From NCBI RefSeq assembly GCF_009914755.1, contig NC_060948.1: a stretch of DNA of 64,000 nt, one strand, 5' to 3'. The notes under the pieces were generated by a model. That model saw nothing but the letters and a program-made list of their open reading frames with translations. It was not told the DNA's origin and ran no database searches. The stretch's first letter is position 1; every line of letters begins with the position of its first letter. The DNA comes from the human T2T-CHM13v2.0 reference genome, Homo sapiens. Below, piece by piece: positions 12,743-25,900 of the stretch. Position numbers and translations under genes: made by a program.

Positions 12743-13896
12743 CTGCTAATGCAAGTGTAAATAATTCTAATATCAGAGCAGTGTATAAAACACTGCTGGG
12801 GTGAAGGATTGCTACTAACTGGAGTGTTATTTACCCGCCTCCACTCTCTTTTTCCATTCCCCCAGTTAGTGGTCTACTATGGTCTTCTGAGGATTTAAAA
12901 TTGAAACACAGACCTGAAGAGTTGTTTGGTTAAGTGAATGATTAACTATGGTTCTATGGCCCCTGGGCTTTTCACAGTAGAACTTGTTCACCTCCTCTCT
13001 GGAAGTAGTTCTTTTGGCCCTGAAAAATTAGCACAATCTGAGTAGCCAGTATCCCCAGGTGAATAAGAGCTCACAGGCCAAAATAAAGTTATGCCTTAGG
13101 AGACAAGTCTGCCTCAAAAGACTGTTTTCTTTAAAAAATAAAATTCAAAGATGTATCCTTTTAACTTTACATTTTTTTATCTTGGTTAGGGAAGACTCCA
13201 ACACCCTTCAATTTTACGTGTAGGCTTTTAGATTTTCCTGCAAGATTTTTTAATATTTACATTTTAAACTTTAGTACATCTGGAGATTATTTTTGTTTCC
13301 TCTATAAGATAGAGTCTCATTTTCATTTATTTCTAGATTAAAGAAGCATATATGCTATTAAAATGCATAAAATAGTTTATCTTTCGTTGTTAAATTCAGC
13401 CACTGAATTTGTCATATATTAGTTTCCCACATGTTTTAGTATCCGAAAACACAATGATCTGATGTAGACACAAAAGATTATATTCCATAGTTATTCCTCC
13501 AAATATCTTATAGGATCTTTTTTTTTCTAAATTCTCTCCTCACTGCCACACCCTCTTCAAGAAAAATTATATTAAAATTCCCTCCTTACTGCCATACTAC
13601 CAACAAAAATCCTATTGAAATTGCACTAAACTTGTTGATTTTAAAGTATTAACATACTTGCAATATGCAATCTTTCGCTATACAAAAATCAGAATCTGGG
13701 GTTGTTGTCCAACTTTCCACAATTTTCCTAGTAACCATAAATGTTTTGCTTCTTTATTTTGGTAACCTTCCCCTCTCTTCCCCCAGCCTATACTTTCAGT
13801 TTGAATGGCATTTTCCATTTTTTAATGTTAATCAACCATCCTGTCTCAGTGGTAGTTCATAAAGTACTTATTAATGTGGTTCAAACAGATTTCTAC

Positions 13897-14169
13897 TTTT
13901 TTTTTTTTTTGAGACAGTCTGTGGCCCAGGCTGGAATGCAGTGGCACTATGTCTGCTCGCTACAAGCTCCGCCTCCGGGGTTCACGCCATTCTCCTCCTG
14001 CCTCAGCCTCCCGCCCGCCACCATGCCTGGCTAATTTTTTTTTATGTTTTTAGTAGAGACAGGGTTTCACCACGTTAGCCAGGATGGCCTCGGTCTTCTG
14101 ACCTCGTGATCCGTACGCCTCGGCCTCCCAAAGTGCTGGGATTACAGGCGTGAGTCACCGTGCCTGGCC
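13897..14169 (-). mobile_element. AluY-like with ~20-bp internal deletion
   Basis: Poly-T then reverse Alu; 'cctcccgcccgccacc' lacks the usual 'agtagctgggactacaggcg'. Confidence 0.92.
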
Positions 14170-14229
14170 CTATTTCCACTCATTTTATAAACTAAAAATC
14201 TATTTCATAGATATGGTGCTGAAAATATC

Positions 14230-14490
14230 TTTCCTCCCTTGTTTCTGGACCTGTAAGGTTGTGAGTCAGGTGCCATTGGCAATCCCATTGCTGCTAACCG
14301 GCAGAGACAAAGCACATTAAGATAATCAGAGTCCTGATGGCATTTAAATCCATAGTTCCTATAATTTCTGAGACTAGTTTCACTTCTTTCCATCATGTAG
14401 TTTGGATATTAAACCAACAGATTCCACTTTTTGCTTAACTTTTTGAAATTGTGTTTCTAACATTTCTTACGGTAAGAGTTTTAACTAATT
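14230..14490 (+). mobile_element. MLT1-type MaLR LTR fragment
   Basis: 3' end 'ttccactttttgcttaac...tttctaacatttcttacggtaagagttttaactaat' resembles an MLT1 terminus. Confidence 0.4.
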
Positions 14491-15280
14491 CTCAGTTAAT
14501 AAATATGGCATATCTTTACATAGTTAACATTTTTAAATGTCTAAAATGTATTCATGTCTCCAAATTACAAATTAATTTTGAATTTTCCTCAACTAGGTTT
14601 TAAGTATTTTTATTTAAGATGCTATCTAGTTAGATAATATATTTTGTTCTTATACTAATGTGCTGTGTCCCTACTTAATATTTCTACCGATTATTTCTGA
14701 TACGTAGAAAAGTTAGTGATTGTTGTACATTTGTTTCTTCACCAGCCAACCAACTATGCTATTTTACTACTAAAATATTTGTTTTTCAACTATGTCTTTT
14801 CTGTTTAGAGATAAATTGAATTTTTTTACTTGTCCTTCAACTAACAGCATGCTTTATTTCTGTTTTCTAAACATTTCAGACATTATGAAATTATATTCTA
14901 TATTGTATGTATATAGATATACATATATACATGTGTATGCACACATGTACGTGTGTGTGTAAAATACATTATATGATATTTGGGATTACGGGGCTAGAAA
15001 CAATTAGAAAGTTACTATTTATCTTGGCTATTCAGTTGACTTTTTAGAAAAAGAATAAATAACAGGGAAATTATTTGATAATATAAATTATCAAAGCAAA
15101 ATTAGTCATGTTTGTTCAAGAAATACAAGAGCCATAAAAAATTTGTATAGGTATATTTTCTAGCTATTCATAAGTATATCACAATATTAAACTATTGAAC
15201 TAATGTGAGCACTTAATTCCCTATAAATCTGAACTTGTAAAGTTGCTTTAATATATATTCCTTTAAAAATAAAAAAATGA

Positions 15281-15345
15281 ACTCCAGCCTGAGTGACAGA
15301 GTGAGATTGTCTCAAAATAAATAAATAAAACAAACAAATAACATA
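15281..15345 (+). mobile_element. Alu extreme 3' remnant with A-rich tail
   Basis: 'actccagcctgagtgacagagtgagattgtctcaaaataaataaata'. Confidence 0.8.
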
Positions 15346-15415
15346 AAAGTCATAAAATAGGTTTTCAAAAATTATTTTATTTTTAAAATTATTGCACATT
15401 AAATTTTGATTGATA

Positions 15416-15880
15416 TTCAATAAGAGTCTCCTTGACAAAACTCCATTCAAGCTTCTCTGAATTGTCCTCCCAACTAAGATTTGATTCCTGGGTTTTCATG
15501 TTCTTCTCTGCATTGCCCAATTTTAGCCAAAACCGTGATAAGCCAGTTTAGCCAGAATCCCCTACTCTACATCTGATTGTGTTCCTCATCCCTAGCAATC
15601 CTCCAAATGATATCTGATGGCTGGTCTGACCTCACCAAGAATCATGTTAGGTAGGTTTAGCCAGAATCCTCCCTTATCCCTGATGTCTTCGATTAGTAAT
15701 TTCTCTCCAACTACACCTTCTCCCCTACATTCTTGACTGTAAATTTCCACTTTTCTTTATTGTATTTAGAATTGATTTCAGTTCTATTCTGAGATATTTT
15801 TCCCCCTTATTGCAGTAGTTTTTGGGTAAAATATGTTCTACTGCTTTAACTGCTATCCAGCTCTAGCTTTTCTTTGACAA
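15416..15880 (+). mobile_element. ERV1 LTR (MER67/MER31-like)
   Basis: 'agagtctccttgacaaaactcc...' start, repeated 'gtttagccagaatcc', ends 'tttctttgaca'. Confidence 0.55.
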
Positions 15881-18027
15881 ACATTCACAGATTGTATAAC
15901 AATCATCACAATCAACATACAGAATACTACCATCACCTCAAAATCTTTCTCATGTTATCTCTAAAAGATAATTTTAAAATTTAAGTTTTTATTTTTATAC
16001 ACTTTGTGTCACAAATATTATACTAAGATGCATTTGTAGAAAAATATAGATTATAAAATTGAACCTAATCTACTGCCAATTATATTTGCTTCTGTGATCT
16101 TAAAATACACACAGAAACAGTGAGATAGAAAGGTTCTCTGAGCTAAAAGGCTGACCCCCAGATGAATTTATTTAACCAATAATAAAGATCAAAGATACAA
16201 GAAACACACAAAGCTGCAATCATTAATATCAACTATAGATAACATTAAACAGCTGAAAACAAGGTATTCAATGTTATTAACATTTATCCTGAATTGTATA
16301 CCTCCTATAAACGTATCCTTAAAGGTGAATTTCCTCTTCTTAATATGCATATATACATTATTATTTTTAATACAGAGACATCACACAGAAGATATTGGTT
16401 CACATCACAGTTAGATTCCTAACATGTCTGAGTAAAATAGCATATTGATTTATATATGGTGACTGTTTTCAATTGATATAAAAATATTTACTGTTTAATA
16501 AAGCTAGTTGTTGCTTTTGGAACAATATAAAAAATGAAGAAACTATAGATTTCTATATACTGGCTAAAATTACTGTGTGTTAAAAAAGATATCAGAAGGT
16601 TCTATGCTTTAGACTTTAAACACCACTGCTGCTTTTCCAACGTTACATTAAAGGCTATTCCCAGTGACTGGTCCTCATTATTCTTTTATAAAGTCAGATT
16701 TTCTCGGGGTCCTTTTTTTGCAATTCAGTTACCTTCTATGTATTTAAGGGGAAGTATAGGTTAAATTCTATCAATTGTTAGACTTGCATCCATAACTACT
16801 AAACATACTCAGTTTCTTCTTTATTCTGTGAAACTCTAAGTCAGGTAAAGTCCTTTGCAACTAATAATTTTAATGTAAACACAGCTCTAAAGACAAAAAT
16901 TTGATAACAGATTTGAAACCAAAATCTTGACCCAATGAGGCCCAAATTGCAACGTCTTAATCACTCCATCATTGTAATATACGTGACTATCTAGGGGAAG
17001 ACATTTTTTATTATTTTGGGTCATCTGCATTTAAATGAATACATTATGAAGAAAACATGCATACCACAAGTGAGCTTTTATTTTTCCTTTTAGTTAATGT
17101 AGATGTAGTGTGTTTTACTGTTTTAGTTCAAAGTAGGCAGGTTCACAGACTTTGAATAATAGTAATATCAGAAATTCAAGTGTACTGAAAGGAGGAGACA
17201 AATACTGTGGTTTTTAAGTTCATTTTAGGTAAATGAACTGAATGCTGGTTATTCCTGCATGTAGATTTATTAATGAACAAAATAAGAGAATACTGAGAAT
17301 AGTTTTTGCAGAGTGAGAGCAAGATATCAGCAAATAATTTAGTTCTATAAATAGGGATACCACATTGCAACTCAGTCTGAAAGACTATTTGAGATGAATA
17401 ACCCCATTTTATTTTGTTATTTTAATATTTTAAAATAAAACATGGAAGTTAAAGATTTAACTTTTTTTTTTTTGATGTATCCAAAAACTAGATCCAAATA
17501 TCTGAAATAATAAGGCTGTTTGGAGGATTGTTTTCATCTAATTCATATAGTATAATATCCATGATTTTCTAAAATAACTTTATTGTGTGAATATGTCATG
17601 CCATAATTTTTGTTTTCTTTAATATGAATGCCCTCATTCCTCAAAGTCAACCTTTGATATAAGTGTAAATAGACTTCATCAGTGTGTTCAGGGAAAAGAT
17701 AAGAAATATAAAACTGTTAAAAATTTGTATGCATATTTAAAAAAAAATTTGTACTTCATCCTTTCTCAGACACAGCCCCAAAGCCAAGACAAATAATATG
17801 ATAGAAGATTTCATTCTAAATAAAAATCTTCTTTTTAAAATGGTAACCTGAAACTGTATAATAGTATTTGTACAATAACTAATTCCTATATTGAAAGTTT
17901 AGTGAGGTCTCTAGGCAGCACTTGCCATGTTTGCAGTTTATTAAGCAGTTTGAAGATGGTTGAACATTAGATACAAAAATAATTGAAGCTCAATACTGTT
18001 AGGTTTAGTAAGAACATAATGTGTCTT

Positions 18028-18335
18028 CTCTTTCCTTTTTTACTTTTTTTTTTTTGAGATGGAGTCTCGCTCTGTTGCCCAGGTTGGAGTGCAGTGGCAC
18101 GATCTCAGCTCACTGCAACCTCCACCTCCTGGGTTCACGCCATTCTTCTGCCTCAGCCTCCAAGTAGCTGAGACTACAGGCGCCTGCTACCACGCCCGGC
18201 TAATTTTTTGTATTTTTAGTAAACACAGGGTTTCACCATGTTAGCCAGGATGGTCTCGGTCTCCTGACCTCGTGATCTACCCACGTCGACCTCCCAAAGT
18301 GGTGGGATTACAGGCGTGAGCCACCGTGCCCAGCC
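18028..18335 (-). mobile_element. Alu (Sc/Y-like)
   Basis: Full reverse Alu; TSD CATAATGTGTCTT at 18015-18027 and 18336-18348. Confidence 0.95.
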
Positions 18336-19085
18336 CATAATGTGTCTTTTTAAATTAATTAACTCTTAAGATCAGTGGAGTGTGTAGATGTTTACTTATG
18401 TTTCTATCTTCACTTAGCTGTTCCCAGGATGAAAAAAAAAAAGACTAGTGGCTCTGTTAAACCCTGAAAATTAGCTTAATGATCTTACCTCTTCATCCTT
18501 TCTACCAATCTGGCCCCTTTTAAACCCCCGAATGTAATCATTGGTACTCATTGGTACTATCTTCCTCTTGATTTCAGAGAACACCTCCTTGCAAAATTGT
18601 TAATTTTTCTCTTTTACTGTATTAAATCACTTACTGAGTAAAATAATTCTTTCCTTGAAATGCGATTTGGTTTCTTCTTTGCTCTCCATTTCTATGCCAT
18701 TTCCACTTAAACTTGTCCCTGCATTGTTGCAAAAACCTAACTGGTTTCTTTGATGGACAAAATTAGAGAGATTACCTTTTTGATAGTAAGGTCAAAGCTC
18801 ACCTACTAATCTGGACATCTAAAGCTGTCCTTCAATCAAATGCTCTCATTCCTCTGCTTCCTATCTTCTTCACTCATTCCATAATAACATTCCTTGTTAC
18901 TTCTAAGCATACCTCTTCTCTTTCAGTTGACCATGATCCTTTCCATCTCATAGGCACTGCTTTTTATTTTACAACAATGACTTTGCTTATAAAGATCACT
19001 TCACCTAATATGTTCCCTGGCACATTGCTCCCTGTTCAAACAAGCCTTCATAAAAACCCAGATGTTTTAATATTATATTGATAAT

Positions 19086-19087
<2 letters not shown>

Positions 19088-19125
<38 letters not shown>
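19088..19125. repeat. (TG)n microsatellite
   Basis: ~19 perfect TG units. Confidence 0.97.
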
Positions 19126-19126
<1 letters not shown>

Positions 19127-19206
19127 ATGTTTGTGTTTTCTTTTGGCATTGTTTTTATACTTGAGAGAACAATGATGCCTGTGGTTTGATTAAAATATGA
19201 ACATGA

Positions 19207-19501
<295 letters not shown>

Positions 19502-19848
19502 CTATATATATATATGAACATGAGTGCTTAATCTGTCTATATATTTGCAACCTTTTGTCATTCTTTCTCGATCTATCTTAAGCTTCTCTTTGGCGAGTTC
19601 CTTGTGTTCTCACCTCATTTACATCATATCCCTAGTACCTAGTAAAGTTCAATTAACATCATAAAGTATTAAATAATGCTTACTAAGTGAATGGATCTCT
19701 CTGCAGCCATTACAAGAAGGAAAATAAAATTTCGTACCCATTTGAGGTGTTTAATTTTACATAGTTTGGACATTCATAGACTCAAACATTTTAGAACTTG
19801 AAGGATGGTAAGGGAGCATCTAAGTATCTACCTTATTTTATAGGTAAT

Positions 19849-20269
19849 TGCTGTGGTTTGGATACTCCAAAACTCATGTTGCAACCTGATCCCCAGTGTT
19901 GGGGGTGGGGCGTAGTGAAAGGTGGTTGGGTCATGGTGGCTGATTCCTCATGAATGGCTTCGTGCTCTCCATACTGTAATGACTGAGTTCTCTCTCTATT
20001 AGTTCGCGTGAGAGCTGATTGTTTAATAGAGCCTGGCACCTCCCTCCCCACTCTCTCTATATCCCTCTCCTGCTATGTGATCTCTGCACCTGCAGCCTCC
20101 TCTTCGCTTTCTGTCATGAGTGGAAGCAGCCTGCACCACTCACCAGAAGCATATGCGGTCCCCATACTTCTTGTATAGCCTGCAGAACCATTAGCCAAAT
20201 AAATATATTTTCTATATAAATTACCAAGTATCAGGTATTCTTTTATAGCAACAGAAACAGATTAAGACA
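19849..20269 (+). mobile_element. MST (MSTB-like) MaLR solo LTR
   Basis: TGCTGTGGTTTGGAT...AAACTCATGTTG start; ends ATAGCAACAGAAACAGATTAAGACA. Confidence 0.85.
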
Positions 20270-22603
20270 ATAGTGGTACAATAGGAAGAACATAAAGAAA
20301 ATATTCTAAGAGTTCAATTACTCAGTAGAAAGGCCAAAGCATTATGTTTTTGGGTTTCCAAAGCTCTGCTTCAGTATGTTCCAGGATTGTTCTAGGTAAT
20401 CTATTTAGTGCACATTCTTTGAATTCTCAGACACTGCTAGGTGCCTAAGCACAGGAGTTCTACAAATAATGTGTGATAGAGCTTTACATTTGTATGGACA
20501 AGTACTAAGGTAATCAAGTTTTGGTGGATTCAAATCAAGTTTGGTGGATTCAAAATACTGAATCTCCTCTGTCAATTAGAAAACTTCCTTTTGGTTTTAT
20601 GTACTACAGTTCAGCACAAAAAATCCATATGTCCAAAATCCTAATGTTACCAAAAAATGTGTGTTTTGAGGGTTAGGTGATTCCAGAGTGGCTGGAGTTT
20701 AGACAATAGAAGAGCAAATACCAGAAATGTCTCAAAAGGGAGGTAGGAAATAGATCACCATGCATTGCCTTCAATATGTTCAGATTTTATTCTCAAGGTA
20801 ATGGGAATTCACTGAAGAGGTTTCCACTTGTAAGTGACCTGTCCAAATATGTTGTTTATTCTATATCAAAGTTATAGGCATACATGTTTTAAAAAACTTG
20901 TTGTAGGTGGTCACTAAAATTATTTTAGTTATTTATTGTGGTATTTACTACTAGGTTTCATAATAACATGCTTATACTATTATTCCTTGATTTTCAGCGC
21001 TGTATGTAATGTAATGACTACTTACTATGGAAGATGAGCCTATTGTTCACTTACCACCGCCATCATCACCACACACTAAGGGCACCCCACTGGTCTTTAG
21101 CACATGCATACTCTCCCACCCCTACAGTAGTGGCCATGGAAATCTCTTACTCAGATGGCCAGCTCCAGGGAGCACAGTTGACTGACATTCCATGCTGCCA
21201 CACCTCTGGATTCACCATTTACATTGTGCTAAAATTTTGCATTCCTTAGGCTGCTCTTGGCCAATGACTAAGTATGCCAGTGGTAGCAGAAAATAGTTTT
21301 GACCTTACAGATTCATTGAATTTATGTTGTGAATGACTAGCAGTCCTGGATCACACTTTGAGAACCACTGACCTATGCTGCATTCAATCTACCACACAGC
21401 TGAAATTCAGATATTTGTTTTAGAACAATCACTCTGACAGAACAAAGACACAGGCATACCTAGGAGATATTGCAGGTTTGGTGAGAGCTGATTGTTTAAC
21501 AGTGCCTGGCACCTCCCTTCCCTCTCTCTCTGTCTTCCTCTCCTGCCGTGTGATCTCCGTACATGCAGGCTACTCTTCACCTTTGGTCATGTTCCAGACC
21601 AACACAATAAAGCAAATATCACAATAAAGTAGGCCATGTACATTTTTTTGGTTTCCCAATGCATATACAAGTTATGTTTGTACTATACATTAGTCTATTA
21701 AGTATGCAACAGCATGTGTCTAAAAATGTATATACTTTAATTATAAATGCTTTGTTGCTAAAAAATGTTAATGATCATCTGAGCCTTCAGTGAGTCATAA
21801 TTTTTTTTGCTGGTCCAAGGTCTTGTCTTGATGTTGATGGCTGCTTACTGTTCAAGGTGGTGATTGCTTAAAGTCAGGTGGCTGTGGCAATTTTTAAAAA
21901 TAAAACAACAATGAAGTTTGCAACATCAATTAACTCTTCTTCTTATGAAAGATTTCTCTGTAGCATGCAATGCTGTTTCATAGCATTCTACCCATAGAAT
22001 ATTTTTCAAAATTGAAGTAAATGCTCTCTCAAACTATGCTGCAGATTTATAAACTAAGTTTATATAACATTCTAAAACTTTTTGTCATTTCAACATGTTC
22101 AGTTTCTTCACCAAAAGTAGATTTTATCTCAAGAAACCACTTTCCTTACTCTCCCATCAGAAGCAACATCTCATCTGTTCAAGTTTTTTCGTGAGATTAT
22201 AGCAATACAATCACATCTACAGGCTCCACTTCTAGTTCTTTTGCTATTTCCTCCACATCTGAAGTTAATTTCTCCACTGAAGGCTCAAACTTCTCAGAAT
22301 CATCCAGGAGGGTTGGAATCTATATCTTCTAAATTCCTGTTAATGTTGATGTTTCTACCTCCCCTCATTAATCACAAATGTTCTTAACGGCACCTAGAAG
22401 GGTAAATTCTTTACAGAAGGTTTTCAATGTACTTTGCCCCGGTCCATCAGAGGAATCAACATCTATGGCAGCTAGAGCCTTACAAAATATATCTCTTAAA
22501 TAATAAGATTTGAAAGCTTAAATTACTCCTTAATCCATGAGCTAAAGAATTGATGTTGGGTTTGCAGGCATAAAAGCAACATTAATCTCCATGGACACGT
22601 CCA

Positions 22604-22912
22604 TCATAGATCTTGGGTGACCAGGTGCATAGTTAATAAGTAGTAATATTTTGAAAGAAATCTTATTTCTGAGCCATAGATCATAAAATTGGGTTTAAAA
22701 TATTTAATACACGATTCTGTAAATAGGTGGGCTTTCACCCAGGCTTCATTGTTCCATGTATAGAGCACAGCCTTAGTAGATTTAGCATAATTCTTAAAGA
22801 CCCAAGGATTTCCAGAATGGCAAATTAGATTCAGCTTCAACTTAAAGTCACTAGCTGCATTAGGCCATAACAAGAGATTCAGCCTGCCTTTTGAAGATTT
22901 GAAGCCAGACAC
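22604..22912 (-). pseudogene. Decayed Tigger1 DDE transposase segment
   Basis: ORF 'GFKSSKGRLNLLLWPNAASDFKLKLNLICHSGNPWVFKNYAKS...WNNEAW' resembles Tigger/TIGD1-type DDE domain; frame is broken. Confidence 0.85.
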
Positions 22913-25900
22913 TGACTTCTCCTCCCTAGCGATGAAAGTCCTTTATAGCATCTTCTATCAATATAACCCTATTTTGTCTGTACTGAAAATCTGTTGTTTA
23001 GTGTCACCACCTTCATCAATTATTTTAGCTAGATCCTCTGAATAATGTGCTGCAGCTTTCACATCAGCCCTTACTGTTTTGCCTTACAGAGACGGCTTCT
23101 TTCCTTAAATCTCAAGAATCAAACTCTGCTAGCTTCAAACTTTTTCTTCTGCAGCTTCCTCGCCTTTTATAAGATTAAAGAGAGTTATGGCCTTTTTCTG
23201 AATTAGGCTTTGGCTTAAAGGAATGTTATAGCTAGTTTGATCTATCTAGATTACTAAAACTTTCTTCACATCAGCAATAAGGCTGTTTTGCCTTTTCATC
23301 ATGTGTGAATTCACTACAGTAGCACTTTTAATTTTCTTCAATAACTTTTCCCTTGCACTCACAAATTGATTAACTGTTTGTTGCATGAAGCACAGCTTTC
23401 AGCCTATCACATCTTTGCATATTTCTTCCACAGTAAGTTTAGTCATTTCTAGTTTCTTATTTAAAGTGAGAGATATGTTACTGTTTTTTTCCCACCAGAA
23501 CACTTAGAAGCCATTTTAGAGTCATTACTTGGCCTAATTTTAATATTCTTGTCTCTCAGAGAAGAGGGAAGACTAAAAAGAGGGAAAGTGAAATGGGAGT
23601 GGTGGGTTGATGGAGCAGTCGTAACACATTCATTTATTAAGTTCACTGTCTTATATGAGTGCAGTTCATGGTGCCTGCAAACAATTATAATAATAATAAT
23701 ATTAAAGATCACTGAGTACACTACTGCACACACAGGTCATTATGACAGATTTAATAATAATGAAAAATGTTTAATATATTTCAAGAATTACTAAAACATG
23801 ACACAGAGACATAGTGATCACATGCTGTTAGAAGTATGGTGCCAATAACATTGTTTGATGCAGGAGTGACATAGATCTTCCATTTTTAAAAATGCAATAT
23901 TTATTCTGGTTCAAAATACCTGACTAGAGACATTAGACATCTATGTTTTCCAGAAAACAAAGGACCAAATTATGAATAGACAATTATGCTACAAATAAAG
24001 CATCTAGGAGAGGAACACTAGAGTCCAACAGAGAAGTCATGGGAAACACCTGAAGCACAGAAAAAGATGGATGTCAGTAGCCAGCTCAGCTGACATTGGC
24101 TGAAGCCTAGAGGAGCTTGCTATTGCAGGTAAAGAGTAAATGAGGAAATGTTAGTAGTCCACATCACCACCATTAATAGTTGCAATCCAAACAACAGGGA
24201 GAGCTCCGCTACCCACAGAAATGCTGACTACCATTGTCAGTAATCTGGAGACCCTGTAAGAGCATTACACCAGACAGGGGATGTGTTCTTTGTCGCTCAC
24301 ACCCCAGACACCTAAGTGGTTGGATCAGGGCACGATTGTGAGAGCATAGCCATAATGGGACTGTATCCTGCCCTGGGGAGCCCCAGCCTCCATATCTCCA
24401 CATTCTGGGAGCTCCAACATATATCCCCCGGTGTAAACTCAGAGAGCTACAGTGGTACAGTGCTGGCTGAACCCAAAGGTGTCACAGGATTCTCAAGACT
24501 CTAGCCAATAGGGAGTACCACTCCCTGAGAATAGGACAGTGCAGCACACCAAAAGATGACCAAAGCACATGCTTTCCAGAGCCCAAGAGCTCTGGTGCTG
24601 TGAAAAGAGATTCTTTTCCCAGCAGTGGCACAAACTTTTGCTTGGACTGGCAGGCAAACAGTATGATCCCCTCTCCCACTTGGCACTCTGTCACAGCAGT
24701 TGCTGCAACTAGAAACCCAGGTTGGTGAGTCTGAAAGTTGACCCTCTGAGGCTGGAGGAAGTGACTCTACCTCAACCATCACAGTGGCCTCTGTGCTCAG
24801 TCTCCTCCGTAGAGAGAAGTACCCCCTTTTCTTCTCTGCACACTGCTGCAGCCACAGATGCTGCTGCTGCTACCAAGGACTGGGGTGAATGAGCAAAATT
24901 GCTGCCCGCCTGGGGTTGTGAGTAGTGATAGTCCTCCCACTGGTGGCATGGCCTCTGTGCTTGGGCTCACTCACAAAGAGTGGGGCCATTCCACACCTTT
25001 ACATGGTGCTGTCATGCTGTCACTGCTGCTTAGAGTGGGCAAGCATGAGAACTACTTGTCCAGGGCTTTGGGTGTTCAATCTGCATTGTAACAACTGCCA
25101 AGACCAGCACATACTGCACATTACCCACTCTATCCTCCTATAACTACTAGCCGTTGCCCACATCAAACTAGCTGCCCAGGGACCAGGGTAGCTTTTCATT
25201 CACTCAGCCCTCTCTTGCCACAACCAGCATTTGAGGACGCCTCTTTGAGACTCAAGAACTGGCTTGGCTGGTGCTGCTAACATTGGTAACAGTGTGTACT
25301 GTCCTGGGGCCCAAGAACAGGCATACTCAACCCTCCACTGCTACCACTAGGGCCTGATGACTGGCCGACATGGTATCCCCATCCCCAGGACAATTTTACC
25401 ATAGCCTCCATTAATAGCCACACTGTAGGCCACTGAAGAAATCACAGGTACATTGAGGTTGTTTATAGTGAAAAAACTCACAGGCAGACTACACAACTGC
25501 ACACACCTAGAATCAAAGCCAAAAGGGACTGCTCAACTGACACTATTGGTACATTTTTGGGAAAATGTCCCCTCTCATGAAAGCAAATTCAAAAAATTGG
25601 AGGAAGCAACTATTACACCATATGTGTAGATATCAATATAAAGACAGATAAAGCAAGAAAATATGATACTAGGAAAGAAATACAATAGTTCCCCAGTAAT
25701 ATACCCAATAAAAAAACATTGTCAAAATTCCAGAAAAAAAACATTCAAAATGGTACCAAATAAGCCCAGCAAGATAAAACATAATTCCTTAAAATAATCA
25801 AAGGAATTGGAAAAACAATTCATAATATAAATTAGAAATTTACCAAAAAAGAAAATATTATTTAAATGAACCAAACAGAAATCCTAGGATTGAAGAAGTC

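Larger units (their letters stand above)
11330..14880 (-). mobile_element. Ancient, fragmented L1M(E)-type LINE interrupted by younger elements
   Basis: T-rich antisense L1-like segments at ~11330-11760, 13140-13800 and 14500-14880. Confidence 0.4.

Noticed and set aside
20512-20553. ~20-bp tandem duplication (similar small ones at ~18538 and ~33394)
   Set aside because: Ordinary slippage duplications
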